Positions 35,950 through 49,789 of a stretch of 64,000 bases of DNA are shown piece by piece. The notes beneath the pieces are model-generated. The model saw only the letters and a list, made by a program, of their open reading frames with translations. It was not told the origin of the DNA and did not search any database. Origin of the DNA: Octopus sinensis. Taxonomy: Eukaryota. Within the stretch, counting starts at the first letter, position 1. Each line of letters begins with the position of its first letter. Location: positions 114,948,001 through 115,012,000 of the forward strand of contig NC_042998.1 in NCBI RefSeq assembly GCF_006345805.1. Direction: 5' to 3'. The translations under genes were made by a program, and so were the position numbers.

Positions 35950-36096
35950 CATGCATGTTTATATGTGTATGTGTATATATATATATATTCTTTTATTTTA
36001 CTTGTTTCATTCATTTGATTTCGCCTGTCCTGAGACATGCATGCATACATACATACATACATACATACATACATACACACAGACACACACACACAC

Positions 36097-36161
<65 letters not shown>

Positions 36162-36755
36162 GGTGTGCGTGTGTATGTGTGTACATATATATGTAGACAT
36201 ATATATATGCATACATAAACACATACATATATGTAAAATGTATGTATATAAAATTCTCCCAAATATATAACAAACAAAGACTTCATAAGAAAAAGTCATC
36301 AGTAAATTAATTTTCTTTCTGTTTTTTTTTCTATCTTTGATTATTTATTTTCTTCCGTTTTCTGCAATTTATTTTCACCTTTAGGGAAAATTTACAATTA
36401 TTGAAACCGGAACTAACCAACAAATATCCAGTTTGTGCCGATTTGTTAAAAGCAAGAAAAAACTTGTTTGAAATCCATGTGTAAATAAATTTCAATAGCC
36501 CTGGAGATATAGAAATCAAGTAATTAGACAAGAATAATGTTAGTCTTCGTTATGCCAAGTTGTGCAGACCAAATAATATATTTCAATTGTACAAGTAAAT
36601 TATTTAAGAACATCCCAATGGTGAGATTAAGTAGATAATATTGTAGTTTCTCGCCTCATAGCTGGCAATATCTGCCCCAGATAAATATTTAAACTATTCT
36701 TGTTTCAATGTATTTACGTGTATTGTCGATTTCTTATCATAAGAACTGTGGATAA

Positions 36756-37250
36756 GGCGGCGAGCTGGCAGAATCGTTAGCACGCCGGGCAAAATGCTTA
36801 GCGGTATTTCGTCTGCAGCTCGTTCTGAGTTCAAATTCCGCCGAGGTCGACTTTGCCATTCATCCTTTCGGGGTCGATAAATTAAGTACTAGTTACGCAT
36901 TGGGGTGGATGTAATCGACTTAATCCCTTTGTCTGTTCTTGTTTGTCCCTTCTATGTTTAGCCCCTTTTGGCAATAAAGAAATAAGAAACGTTTGCACGG
37001 CGGGCGAAATGCTTTACGTTCTGAGTTCAAATTCAGCCGAGGTCGTCTTTGCCTTTCATCCTTCCGAGATCGCTAGATTCAATACCAGTTGCGTACTGGG
37101 ATCGGTCTATTCGACTGTCCCCTCCCCCAAAATTTCGGGCCTTGTTCCTAGATTAGAAAAGATTATAAGAACTGTAGATTGGCAGAATCGGTCGATTGCA
37201 TCAAGGTCTGAGTTCGAAATCCGCCGAGATCAACATTTTCGGTAAAATAA
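36756..37250 (+). mobile_element. Family A SINE cluster (full copy, second body, partial head)
   Basis: AAGGCGGCGAGCTGGCAGAATCGTTAGCACGCCGGGC head; two alternative 3' tails in succession. Confidence 0.9.
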
Positions 37251-37587
37251 AAAGTCAGCACAGATTTCCATATAAACTGATATTGATTAATTCACTGAAA
37301 ATTCATAACGAGAGCCCAGTTGGATTTCTGTTTCCTTTATTGCTCCCTAATTCCCTCCACCTCTCTCTCTCTCTCTCTTTCTTTCTCTGGCATTAGTTAT
37401 AAGCCTATGTAATACGCTCTTAACTTAAACAAGGACGTTTAAAATATATGGGTACACACGCACGCACACACACACACACACGCATATATACTTTATGAAA
37501 ATATATATGTATACATACGTATCTGTATATGTATATGTGTGTGCGTGTTTGTGTTTATATATATATATATTTATATATATATATATA

Positions 37588-37965
37588 GCCGTGCTTGTGT
37601 GGTAAGACGCTTGCTTTCCAGCCACATGGTTCCGGGTTCAGTCCCACTGCGTGGCACTTTGGGCTAGTGTTTTCTTTTATAACCTCGGGCCGGCCAAAGC
37701 CTTGTAAGTGGATTTGATTGACGGAAACTGAGAGAAGTTCGTTCTATATATATATATACGTGTTTGTGTGTCTGTGTTTGTCCTCCCACCATCGCTTGAC
37801 AACTGATGCTGGTGTGTTTACGTCACTGTAACTTAGCGTTTCTGCAAAAAAAGACAGAATAAGTACTAGGCTTACAATGAATAAGCTCTGGGAACGATTT
37901 CTTCAACTAAAACCTTTTAAGTGCTCTAGCATGGCTGCAGTCAAATGACTGAAACAAGTAAAAGA
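37588..37965 (+). mobile_element. Family B SINE
   Basis: GTGTGGTAAGACGCTTGCTTTCC head to CAAATGACTGAAACAAG end. Confidence 0.9.
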
Positions 37966-40432
37966 AAAGGAAAGAATATACAAACGTATGTACACAAATG
38001 AACTGTAACATAACAAACAATCTACACCTCAGAACATTTCATGGCAAGTTAAAAAAAACAGACTCTACTATAAATAGCAAATAGTTTCACTATATATTCA
38101 CAAACAATAGACGTATTCGGTAGATTTCACTCTTTGCTGATACTAGAATTACCATATATCGAAAGCACTAAGAAAACGACGACTATAGAAAAATACAAGT
38201 GCAGAAGAGGAATACAATTGAATAAATACAATAGAATAAACTTGGTGGATCATTGTATCTTTTTACCAAGTAATCTATACATACCATCTTTCAGGAATGT
38301 ATTTGATATTCAAAATTGATATATCCAATACAGCTATATATTAGTGGGTATTTAAGCAATGAGTTTGTGGATGCTTGATGGGTTGGATGTGTTGCTACAT
38401 AAGATACAAGAACTCCTGAAATATACATCTAAACCCATTGCCTATTTTTGCCATCTTCGATTGCATTGTTTACATTAGACGTATTCGAATATAAAAGATC
38501 GTAATAAATCACTGCTAGCTATAGTTTCTGCATAAAATATGTAGAGATATCCTTAAAAAAGTGATTTTATAACACTGCTAACACAGTAGGACACAGCATT
38601 GACTTTATAAACCTTTAATATGCTTGGTTGTATATTATGGGTGCATAACGAAATACGGTGACCCTACAACTGGTGGGTGTATACACACACACACACACAC
38701 ACATACACGCATACACATTCTAACCATTACGTAAAGCTTAATCTTAGTTTCTGCAATAATGACCAAAACAATCGCCAGTTCTTTTTATGCTCGTGCCTTG
38801 TGGATGTTCACAGCGATGTATCAAATATCCACATCATATATATATATTTACACTGAAATATTATTAGTTCTCTGTAGTTCAGCAGGCACTTTGCGCTTGC
38901 GGTTATATGAAATTTAAATGATATCTCAACGATATTGCGAATTTCAATATTTCAGTGCTGTAAAATCTTATGTAGAGTTGAAAACATAAAACCTTTTTTA
39001 TTGAGATGGTTTATAAAAGTGTTATATCATATTTCCCTCGATACACAGATGCAAAATATCAGTGACCAAATAGTAAACGTTGAACAAAAAAAACGTTGAT
39101 ATTTAATAGTTATAATATGATTATGAAAATAGAAACTAAAAATATAAAAATTAGGACTGAATATAACAGTGTAGGTCTCGCTTTAACACGAAACCATTAT
39201 TTTAGTTTCACTTCATGAACTAGAATCTAATTAGTGATTAAACTTGTTCAATAAAACAAACTCTATATATTGTCATCAAATTTATTACCGACAGAAATAA
39301 AAGTAAAAACATTTTTATGTTTGTATGAGTGTATTTGAAAATATGCGCTAGCAATATCTGTTATTGCTTAAGTCAGCAAATTTTGAACAAATATGTCTTG
39401 TTACGTAATTGAAATATGCACGTTGTTTTCAAATACATTATGACTATCTTATGATCGATGGCGACCTAAGTTTGTTTAGGCACAGTTGTCAAACGACTTA
39501 CTCATCCTTTCAAACTAGCAACGATCTTGAAACATTGCGAAAACAATGTTGGTAGATATTATCTATGCGGACTTTCCAAGCCAGGAAAATGACTCCCATA
39601 AGATTTGGCGAGCAATTTCACACCTTTGTGTGAAGTGCAAAAGTAGAAAGGAGAAGCAATGCCAGCGGCTGCTTGTTCATTGACTGTTATGAAGGGCTAA
39701 TGTATCTCCCTGCAGCACTGTACTTCATCAATCATCTGCACAAAATAAAAGTCTGCCTGAAGTATGGTGTGCGCATGTGGTTTGTTAATGAAACTTGTTT
39801 TCAGATGATGCATTGAGTTGGAAGAAAGTAGTGAAAAATAAAACGAAAGAGGGGAAAAGTATTATAGATACAGAGAGTGTAGGAGATGAGATAGAAACAT
39901 AAAACAGAAAAATAATATAAAGCTTCGTAAGTAATCTTAAGATTAAGTGATTATTGAGTGGATGGTTGCTACTTGGACAGTTATCTGCTTAATTGCATAG
40001 AATCATGAAGCAAGGGCTTATTTTCTAAAACACGAGATGAAGGTTGTGTGAAACATTAAAGTATAAATGGAATACAAAGAAAAAACGTTTCGCCACAACA
40101 CATTGTGAGTATTTAGTAAAAGATTCAATCGATAAAAACACAATATTTTCACACTTCAATTAATAAAATTCTTAGAAAGCGTTTCTTAGACGTCATAAAT
40201 TTTATATAAGATAACAATAATATATTAAAACTGGCTAATCTCTTGAGAGTGTCTGCCACTTCTGTATGTATAAAACATCTGAAGAAATATTATATTGTAA
40301 ATATACACATTACACATACAAAAGGAAATAAAAAAGGAAACTAAAGCACGTACACCATATATCCAAAATATACCTTCAAGCACTGCTTATACATATATAT
40401 GAATACAGACGCATATATATATATGCACACAC

Positions 40433-40469
<37 letters not shown>

Positions 40470-41040
40470 GATATATATATATATATATATATATAGGTGT
40501 GTGTGTGTGTGTGCTTGTGTGTATTATACTATAGGTATTATGTTATGTACTGATGGTGAGTCACGGTTTATGATTTTTATATATTTATTTACTTGTAAAT
40601 AACGTTGAATAATCCAATATTTCTTTTCAATAATGTTAAAATGGATACAAACCTGACTATTCTTTGTATCATACAATGCAACTTACTAGCAGATGGTTCC
40701 TGCATATAATTTGTAGCATTCAAACAATGGTGGTGCTCAGTCGATCGATGTGTAGGCATTAGTTTTTCCGTCAAGTGAATTACCTACTATTGACTTAATG
40801 CATAATTGGCTGAGTATTCCGAAGATGCACGTACCTTTGACGGAATTCTCAAGTACGGTAACTGAGAAACAGTGTGCGGTAAAGCTGTATAGTTTGAGTT
40901 TCAGCTACGATCCATCTGTCAGACTTCTATATTGTTGCTGTCCATTCAAATTCACTCCAAAGGTATAGATTGATCGAAGTAAAGAAATTCACAATTGCCC
41001 AAGATACCACATTGTGGCATCGAACTTAGGGCAACTTCCT

Positions 41041-41080
<40 letters not shown>

Positions 41081-42201
41081 TACACATACACACTAACACA
41101 CATGCACATGCACACGTTTGTGCGTATGTGCATGCGTGTAAGTGTGCATGTATGTATACGCATGAATGTATTTATGTATATATATACATACAGCATATGT
41201 AAGTCAAACAAATATCTTGCAATTGAAAACAAGCCATCCGTCTCATTGGAATGAAGTCATATGCAATACAGTAAAACCTTCGGTGCACAAATGTGCTGTT
41301 TCTCTGTTCTACTGCTATTGCATTTACTTCGCTTTCATGCCTTCTCCCCACAGGTACTCGCAACTCAGACGTCTCATGTCCTATATTTACTCATATAGTG
41401 TCCTGCTCCTCTCGTCATACAACTAACTGTGTAAGAGATTCCTTAAAAATTGCCAGCTGACCGCTCCCGGAAATAGGATGGCAGCTTATAAGTACAGACG
41501 CTTACTTGAAATCTATCCAATAATATAAAATTCAAGTTCAATGAAATGTTTAATAATAAAACTCTAGATAAACACTACAAAAAATATATTATGAGGGAAG
41601 GCGGTTATAAGTTCTATTGATTGCTTTCTTATATATTGTTGCATAGAATATTTGCACAAAAAAATACGCATCTATTACTCTATTTTAACCTTGATCTTTC
41701 AACCAAACCTTCAGTTTATTCACTGAAAGGCATAAAAGCATAACATAAAGATGAGATAAACGAAAGAATTAACCTACGCCTTAGAAACATTCAATATGAA
41801 AAAGACGGTAATATATTTTCTGCAGCCAAGTGAATATTGTACACCAATAAATAAAAATCAAACTCAATAGCGTATATTTTAAATGTATGTTACAGGGGTC
41901 AACTCATTCAGTAAATATAAAAGTAATTAATTACAAGTAATTAATTTCGAAGTAAATCAAAATTCCTAATGAGATAATTTACTATACATTCACGATAACA
42001 TTAAACATACGTATTCATCATATTTCAGACAAAGCACAAACTTTCAGTTATAATTAGAGTAAAAATCCAATTTAATTAGTAATTTAGATGTTTTCTACAA
42101 GAAGTCTTTAATGATAATTTTTCTTTTATAAATAAATAGGTGTTAATAGATTTGTAATGAGCTGTTCTGTTCAGTCCATTGGTAAGACATGTACACACTC
42201 A

Positions 42202-42255
<54 letters not shown>

Positions 42256-43459
42256 GAAATATTAACACGGAGAAATATTAACATAGAGAAAATAGGTATG
42301 GTATTCATTGCTTTATAGAACATACACGAGTTTTAAGTTGCCGTCATTATTATATACCAATAGTTGAAACATTATATAATCCTGCGTTCATGTCATCAGT
42401 GTTCTGCAGTAACTATATGGTGGTATGTATGGTGGTCATCCGTCATTTGACGTATAGTTTATCAACTGAATTACCTGCTTTTGAAGTATCTTGTAAGTGG
42501 AAGAGCATCCTATAGATACGCGTACCCATGATTTAATTCTCATACAGAATATGTATGGTAGAGTGTGTGACAAGACGTACATTTTCAATTACAATTATAA
42601 TCCATCGATGGACAGGTATTCCTGTCAATATTTACTGAAAATCATTCATAAGTTTAGTGGGTGCTCTGTACCTATAGAAAATATTGATCCCAAATTACCT
42701 GCAATAGAATTGAACCCAGGACCTCGTGGTTACGAAGCAAACTTCTTTACTATTTGTCCATTTTCTGCGTACATACAGAAATTCATTCTGACTCGCACGC
42801 ACAGACGCATACACGCACACTTTTATTTGTATGTATCTATGTAAGTCTGTATATGTGTTTGTGTGTATGTGTGTGTATTTGTGTGTGTGTGTGTGTGTGT
42901 TTGTGCGTGTATGCATGAGTGTGTTTTTGTGTGCGTACGGGGGTGTTTGTATCATTATATACAAATTTGTATTTCATTTGAGAACATTAACGTAATTGTT
43001 TTCAGTTTTCATGTCGGTCACTCACTAGTCCAATACATTTCTCATTACAAAGTGTTACTAGGAATTAACATTGCAAAATGGAAATGATCTAAAATTTGAA
43101 ACCATTCAAAATGTCCCTATGTTAACATTTAGGCTTCATAAAACTCAAATATTATGTGAAGTAATTATGTATGTCATTATTCAGCTTAATTCAAGATTTC
43201 TTTCCAATAGAGAAAAAAACAGTTTCTAACGTAGACCCAAATCTCCTTCATTGGAATTTCAATATCAACAACAGGGTATTTTTGTTTGCATATATATATA
43301 TCTAAGTATGTATGTTTGTATGTATGTATGTATGTATGTATGTATGTCTGGATGGATGGATGGATGGATGGATGGATGGATGTATGTATGTGCAGGTTTG
43401 TATGTTTTATGTATGTATTTCCATGCATATAGTTGCATATCCAGAATGCTCATATATAT

Positions 43460-45240
43460 TTAAATGATAAACTTCTGGAAAATTTTACAGATGTTTACAG
43501 TTCTATTCGAATTAGGTTTTTCCTTCCTGGTTTTGAGAAGCCTAATTTCTCTAGACTAGTATTTAGGCAGGGCCCCAATAATTACAGGTATAAACCTGGA
43601 CTTGTAATCTGGATATAGTAGCTGCAGATTTCTCAATAGTTCAGCATAGGTGTTTTCTTTTTCACTAATCTTCAGCTTTATGTTAACATCCGCTGGGCAG
43701 CTAATTTCCCCAACTGTACACAGTTTCTCTTCTCTATCTCAATCATTATATCAGGTCTGTTGTGCTTACATTTTATTCAGGTCTTCACTGGGACATTCCA
43801 CCAGTATTCCTTTTTATTATGAGTGGCTATGGCTTCTACCATATTGTGGGTTCTTATTTCTTTGTCCTCGAGATTATCGTTCCGACGGATTTCATTATAG
43901 AGTGTCCTAGCTACAACATCATATCTCAGCAGTAGATAATACCGTGATGATATTTTCGGACAAATGCTTATGAGGTGGGTAATATCATCAGTGTGAACTC
44001 CAGAAAGTCTGCATCGGTTGTCCCATTTTACTGCATTTCCTGCATCCCTGTACCTTTTGTGCATCAGGTAATTGGTTGATATTTCCTGTTCCTGGATTGG
44101 AAACGCATTCCCTTCAAAGTGGGAGGTAGTAATCCTGATATTCGTCTGTGATAAACTGCTTTGATGGTCGATGTAACTATTATCACGGAGCTTTCCACTA
44201 ACATATCCATGCATAGTCTTCTGCTCATATAGGCTCAGCCTTTCATCTGACGATACGTTGCGGTAGAGTCGTGCAACCTCTTTGGGCCTGTATTCTAGGT
44301 TATCAGGCAAACATTTTGCTCAAGGATCTGCCTTCCAAGTTATCAGCCTCATGAATGCAAACTTAGTCAAGGGATGCATTTCGACACTTGGTGGTTAAAG
44401 ATGTTGCCGAAGAGATATGATGTGGCATTCAAAGGCATTTTGGATCGATCTTAAGCCTCTGCCGCTGCCTTGTTTTCGTTTTAGGTAGGAGCGGTCTACG
44501 TCACTGTTTATGTGGAAATTATGTGTGCTTGTTAGTATTTTTTGCGTTTTCACCTCAATGGCTCGGATATCATTAAACGTCCAAGGGAGCAGCCCAAATA
44601 TTGCTATGAGTACTGGCACTACAAACACATTATGGGCTACTGTTTTATTGAATGCAGAGAATTCTGAGGTCCAAATTTTCTTTATTCGGTTGTAATATTC
44701 TTTAGTGACACTTGTTTTGTTACAGGTGCCATTGTAAGATATATTTTCATCCACCCTTAGACACCTGTAATATTCCTCGTCAGATACAGGGGAAACAGTC
44801 AAATCATTGATGGAGAAGTTACTAGTCTGGTTCAAAGTTTTCCCCCTTTTCACAACGATATAACATAATTTATCCTGACCAAACTCCAACCCTACATCCT
44901 TTGAGAATGTTGTAACTAGGTCAAGGCTCTTTTTCATCTCATGCATATTATTTGCATAAAGTTTTAAGTCATTCACAAAGAATCAGTATGTAATTTTGGT
45001 ATTCCTTGCGAACCTGTGAGACATCCTTCAGACTTCCTTAGCATGAATGATAAGGAGTTTACAGAAAGTATAAACAGAGAGGCTGTCACATTGGAATATG
45101 CCTTAGCGATTCTGTATTCTGTCAGTGGTAATACAGTCACACTTTTTGTTTAATTTCAAGATGATGTCCTACGATGAAGTCAGGTCAGCTATGGCTTTCA
45201 CTATGCTCATTGGAACTTTAGCAAATTAAAGAGCTTCTAG
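43460..45240 (-). mobile_element. Dong/R4 LINE fragment (RT C-half to endonuclease), disrupted, interrupted by a (TATG)n/SINE-like region at its 5' side
   Basis: MNDLKLYANN (YMDD motif), KDVGLEFGQDK, VDRSYLKRKQGSGRGL, FEGNAFPIQEQEISTNYL, CRLSG...HLISICP, IPVIIGAL. Confidence 0.88.
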
Positions 45241-45337
45241 CATTCATGAATGGAGAACAGAGTCAAAGGCTTTCTTGTAGACTAGCCACATTGAAACTAG
45301 GTTCCTCTCATGATCTCGCACCTCTGACACACATATG

Positions 45338-45371
<34 letters not shown>

Positions 45372-45617
45372 TGTATGTATGTATGTATGTATGTATGTAT
45401 GTATGTATATCATTTTCTCTTGCCAATAAAGAACCGTTTTCTTACCTAGATCCAAATCTCTTTGACTGAAATTTCAACATCAACAACAGGGTATTTTTGT
45501 ATGTATGTATACGTGTAGATTTGTATGGTTTGTTTTATGCATTTCTTCTCATGCATATACTTGCATATCTATATCTATCCACCTATCTATCTAAATATAT
45601 ATATATATATATATATA

Positions 45618-45633
<16 letters not shown>

Positions 45634-45658
<25 letters not shown>

Positions 45659-45902
45659 TACACATACATAGATACACACTTTTCTACTCTAGGCACAAGA
45701 CCCCAAAATTTGGGGGAGGTGGGCAGTCGATTAGATCGAGCCCAGTACGCAACTGATACTTAATTTATCGACCCCGGAAGGATGAAAGGCAAAGTCGACC
45801 TCGGCAGTATTTGAACTCAGAACGTAAATACAGACGAAATACCGCTAATCATTTCGCCCGGCATGCTAGCGTTTCTGTATATATACATATATATATATAT
45901 AT

Positions 45903-45943
<41 letters not shown>

Positions 45944-46159
45944 ACACATACATAGATACAGACTTTTCTACTCTAGGCACAAGACCCCAAAATTTGGGGG
46001 AGGTGGGCAGTCGATTAGATCGAGCCCAGTACGCAACTGATACTTAATTTATCGACCCCGGAAGGATGAAAGGCAAAGTCGACCTCGGCAGTATTTGAAC
46101 TCAGAACGTAAATACAGACGAAATACCGCTAATCATTTCGCCCGGCATGCTAGCGTTTC

Positions 46160-46170
<11 letters not shown>
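45634..46170 (-). repeat. Tandem duplication (284-bp period) of a family A SINE plus flanking (GA)n/(TA)n
   Basis: TTTCTACTCTAGGCACAAGACCCC at 45681 and 45965. The copies share the same private variants. Confidence 0.92.
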
Positions 46171-46195
<25 letters not shown>

Positions 46196-47359
46196 TTACA
46201 GCAATATCGGCAACAAGCAGTGTTTAGGCATAAGCGAACTTTAAGATAGTTAAAATATATTTGTGACATATTTCAATTTCTAAGGGCACATTCTCTGCGG
46301 TCAGCGTGGAGAAACAATTGTCTGTTATGTTAAAAAGGTGTACAAACACTATATCTGACTAGTGCTATTCCTACTCACAGATTCCCAGAAGCTACGTTTC
46401 TAGCTCTTTAGCCGTTATCATAAAAGTTTTTAGTGTAAATCCAGTGAAACAGCAAATTCAACAGAAATTATTTCAAAACTATTCCGTGTTATCGTTTGCC
46501 TATGTGTTTCGTAAAGTTTAAAATGCTAATGGTAATGAGCAAATGTTACTGACGCGCTTGCGGTCATCTTTTCCTTTCTTTTATGCATAGCATGGTCTCT
46601 ACTGAATATAGTTATGTACCGAAAACTACGGGCAATCATATTTTCCGAACGAGGAAATTTAGCGTCACAAAAAGAGAAGTGTGACTCAAAAAATAGCTAC
46701 ATAAAATATCATTCCTCATATTTCATAATCTAAATATTACGTGTACCGCCAAAATCATTTATCTCTTAAAAGTCGATAAAGTTTTGAAAGCTAAGACTTA
46801 CATTCGCAAGAGTGAGTTGTTTCCTAAGGGGAAAACACGATATCACGAGATAAAATCTGAGAATTAAAATTCAATTTTTCCATTTATTATTTGGCGGTTG
46901 GTCGGAAATGTAAGTTATAATATATGAAGAAATATCTATACACGCATATATACATATGGTGTATGTACATATATATATATGTGAGTGTGTGTGTGTATGT
47001 GTAATGTATTTGCGTATGTTTGTGTATGCATGTTGTGTGTGTGTGTGCGTGTGTGTGCGTGCGTGGGCACGTGTATACATCAGAAAATGCTTTGCAACAT
47101 TTCTTCCGATTTTCAATGTTCTAAGTTGAAATGACAACGCGGATAACTTTGTGCGTCATCTTTTCCGGGCCAATGACATACAATGCCCGTCAAATAATAC
47201 TGTGGATAGTATCAAGTAACCTGTACCTTCGAAATAGTTGGTCCTAGGCTTATAAATCAGAAGTAATCACACACAGACACTCATACACACATATATGTAT
47301 GCACTCACACACACACATGCACGCATACACACACACATACACACACACTCATATATACA

Positions 47360-47460
47360 AGAGCTAAGGAACAGAGTAGATAAAACTCTGGCTACATATG
47401 TTTCATAGTGGGTAGAACGAACCTCGGAAGTCTACTCGTCAGTCCAAGGGTATCTTGATA
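47360..47460 (-). repeat. Dispersed repeat carrying a complete-core hammerhead-like motif (47388-47448)
   Basis: CTTGGA-CTGACGA-GTAG...CTAT-GAAAC-ATAT-GTA-GCCAG on the minus strand. Confidence 0.55.
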
Positions 47461-47496
47461 GAATGAACGCTTTATACACACACACACACACACACA

Positions 47497-47569
<73 letters not shown>

Positions 47570-47951
47570 CTCTATGTTCATCAGCTCGTTCGACCCAACT
47601 TTATACGCTGCTGCCACTGGCTCACCAACCGCGATATTTATGTTACCAAGCAAAATCATTTGCAGTTTCTGAATGCTTCGGAATTAAAGCTAGATTCTCA
47701 TCCAGGATCAAAGAAGTGGAGCTTTCGAAAAAGACCTAGGCATTATAAAGAAGCTGGTATTCCTCTAAGGGTAAGTTTATTTCAGTTTTACATAAGCATA
47801 AAAATCTAGATATGTATCGTTTTCTCTTTGAGGAAAAGACGGAAAATTTGTATACGATACAAAATGACTAGTAATGAATTGAAGGAATTCAATTCGTTCC
47901 GATTATTTAGATCTACAGGACGATTTTCCCTACAATAGAATTAACCATGAG

Positions 47952-48181
47952 ACGGCGAGCTAGCAGAAATGTTAGCACGCCGGGCGAAATGTTTACCGGT
48001 ATTTCGTCTGCTTTTACGTTCTGAGTTCAAATTCCGCCGAGGTCTACTTTACCTTTCATCCTTTCGGGGTCGATATATTAAGTACCAGTCATGCACTGGT
48101 GTCGATATAATCGACTTAATCCGTTTGTCTGTCCTTGTTTATCCCCTCCGTGTTTAGCCCCTTGTGGGCAATAAAGAAATA
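47952..48181 (+). mobile_element. Family A SINE, full length
   Basis: Head to GGGCAATAAAGAAATA tail. ACAATAGAATTAACCATGAGAC / ACAATTAACCATGAGAC flank it (AATTAACCATGAGAC repeated, TSD-like). Confidence 0.92.
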
Positions 48182-48649
48182 ACAATTAACCATGAGACAG
48201 AATAGACGTCAAATACCACCACTAACACAAAATGTCGGTTGACAAATCCTAATATATATCGCGGTACTGTGGAAGCATCAGCTCAGAGAAACGACAATGC
48301 TATAAAGAAAACCTTCGCCTCTCCTTGTCGCGCAACACTAATGAGGATATCTCATATTTTAACGGCAATCATGACAGGAGAAGCGTAGAATATCAAGCAA
48401 TTTAATATTACCGATTTTATTTATCTTTATCGAGGCTAAAAGACCGAGAAACGCAGCGTCTGGAAATGCAACAGAGTGCATCAGCGGACAGATATGGTGT
48501 TTTTATCTTAGACAATTTGTTCTCCACGGTAACTGCAGTGAATTTGCCTTTAGAGGAAGTTGAAATATGTCACAAACATATCTTAACTATCCTAAAGTTC
48601 GCTTATATGTTATATGAGATATTAAACTTTGCTAAAATCTAAACTGACA

Positions 48650-48920
48650 TTAGAGATAAGGATATATTCATAATGATGCATGCCAAGGAAACCCTGTTGC
48701 TCAAAGAGGGCCTGTGTAAGAATAGACCTAGTTGGCTCTCTATCCACGGTAAACCCTTTCAGAACCAATTTGTACAAGAGACCTTTTAAGATCGAAAGAA
48801 GATGTAGCATCACAGAGTTAGCTAGGCATATATGGTTGTAAAAGGAGAAATCTGTACCATATAAGATCAATTGAAGATTATTGGAACGTGCAAAGAGTAT
48901 TTGGGTCTTTTCTGTTGCTG
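48650..48920 (+). mobile_element. Degraded Penelope-like GIY-YIG C-terminal fragment
   Basis: SITELARHIWL*KEKSVPYKIN*RLLERAKS resembles the TELSKYIWxLK...YxIxWxI motif. Confidence 0.5.
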
Positions 48921-49359
48921 TCACAGTTTTTGAAAATTTGAAATTAACTGAAAATTTTTGAATTTGCTATATTTTTGTAATTTTTCACGCGAAATCTCAT
49001 TTTGTCATTCGCTTATTTGAGAAAAATTATATAAACATAATATCTATTGGGGAACATCTTTTTCGAGATCGCTCACTGTATCGATGTGCTTTGTGAGTCT
49101 GGAGTATAGCACTCTGAAAATTATATAATCCGGATCGTCAAAGAGAGGAGTCTGCCCTGAAAGCAAAAATCTCACCCGGTTTTGACTTTGCCGAAATTAG
49201 ATAAAACTGATAATCTGGCTATCTTCAGAGACATGCAGGTTGAAATTAATAATACACTAATGTATGTGTGTGTGAGTGCATTTTTTCTGTATGTATGTAT
49301 ACGCATGTATACACGCATGTAAGCATATACGTGCGTGTACATTTGTATATGTGTATGCA

Positions 49360-49789
49360 TTTTTATCCATATAATATCTTAATTCCTGACTATAATTATT
49401 ATTGGTATTATATTTTCCTAATCCCTCTGTAGAAATATTTATACTATAATATTATGTCTTTCTGCATAGATCTGGTGCCTGTATAATGCAATAACTGTTG
49501 TCAGGTAGATGCAGTGATTCTGAAAATACATATCACCACAACAACAATGATGATCAACAACATCAAGAGAAAACATCTGTGTCGTGTAGAAGGAATCAAT
49601 TCCCTTAATAGTAACGAGAACAGTAAGAGCTACAGATTTAATATAATTTATCTTAGCAGTGTAATCACAAGTAAGAACAGTACCGAAACAACAGTAGGAA
49701 ATATCTAGCGGTAATAAATCAAAGAATATGGATGAGTGGGAATATAATCGTTCGGCTTGTTAGAAAGAGTAGCTAAATCCAAAATTTTA
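49360..49789 (+). repeat. Arm A of a diverged inverted duplication (partner 51948-52400)
   Basis: Shared blocks ATAGATCTGGTGCCTGT, ATAACTGTTGTCAGGTAGATG, AATTCCCTTAATAGTAACG, AAGAACAGTACCGAAACAACAGTAGG, CTTGTTAGAAAGAGTAGCTAAATCCAAAATTTTA. Confidence 0.9.

Noticed and set aside
39500-39595. Possible CR1 RT motif (VDIIYADFPK)
   Set aside because: Too short and degenerate to support on its own.
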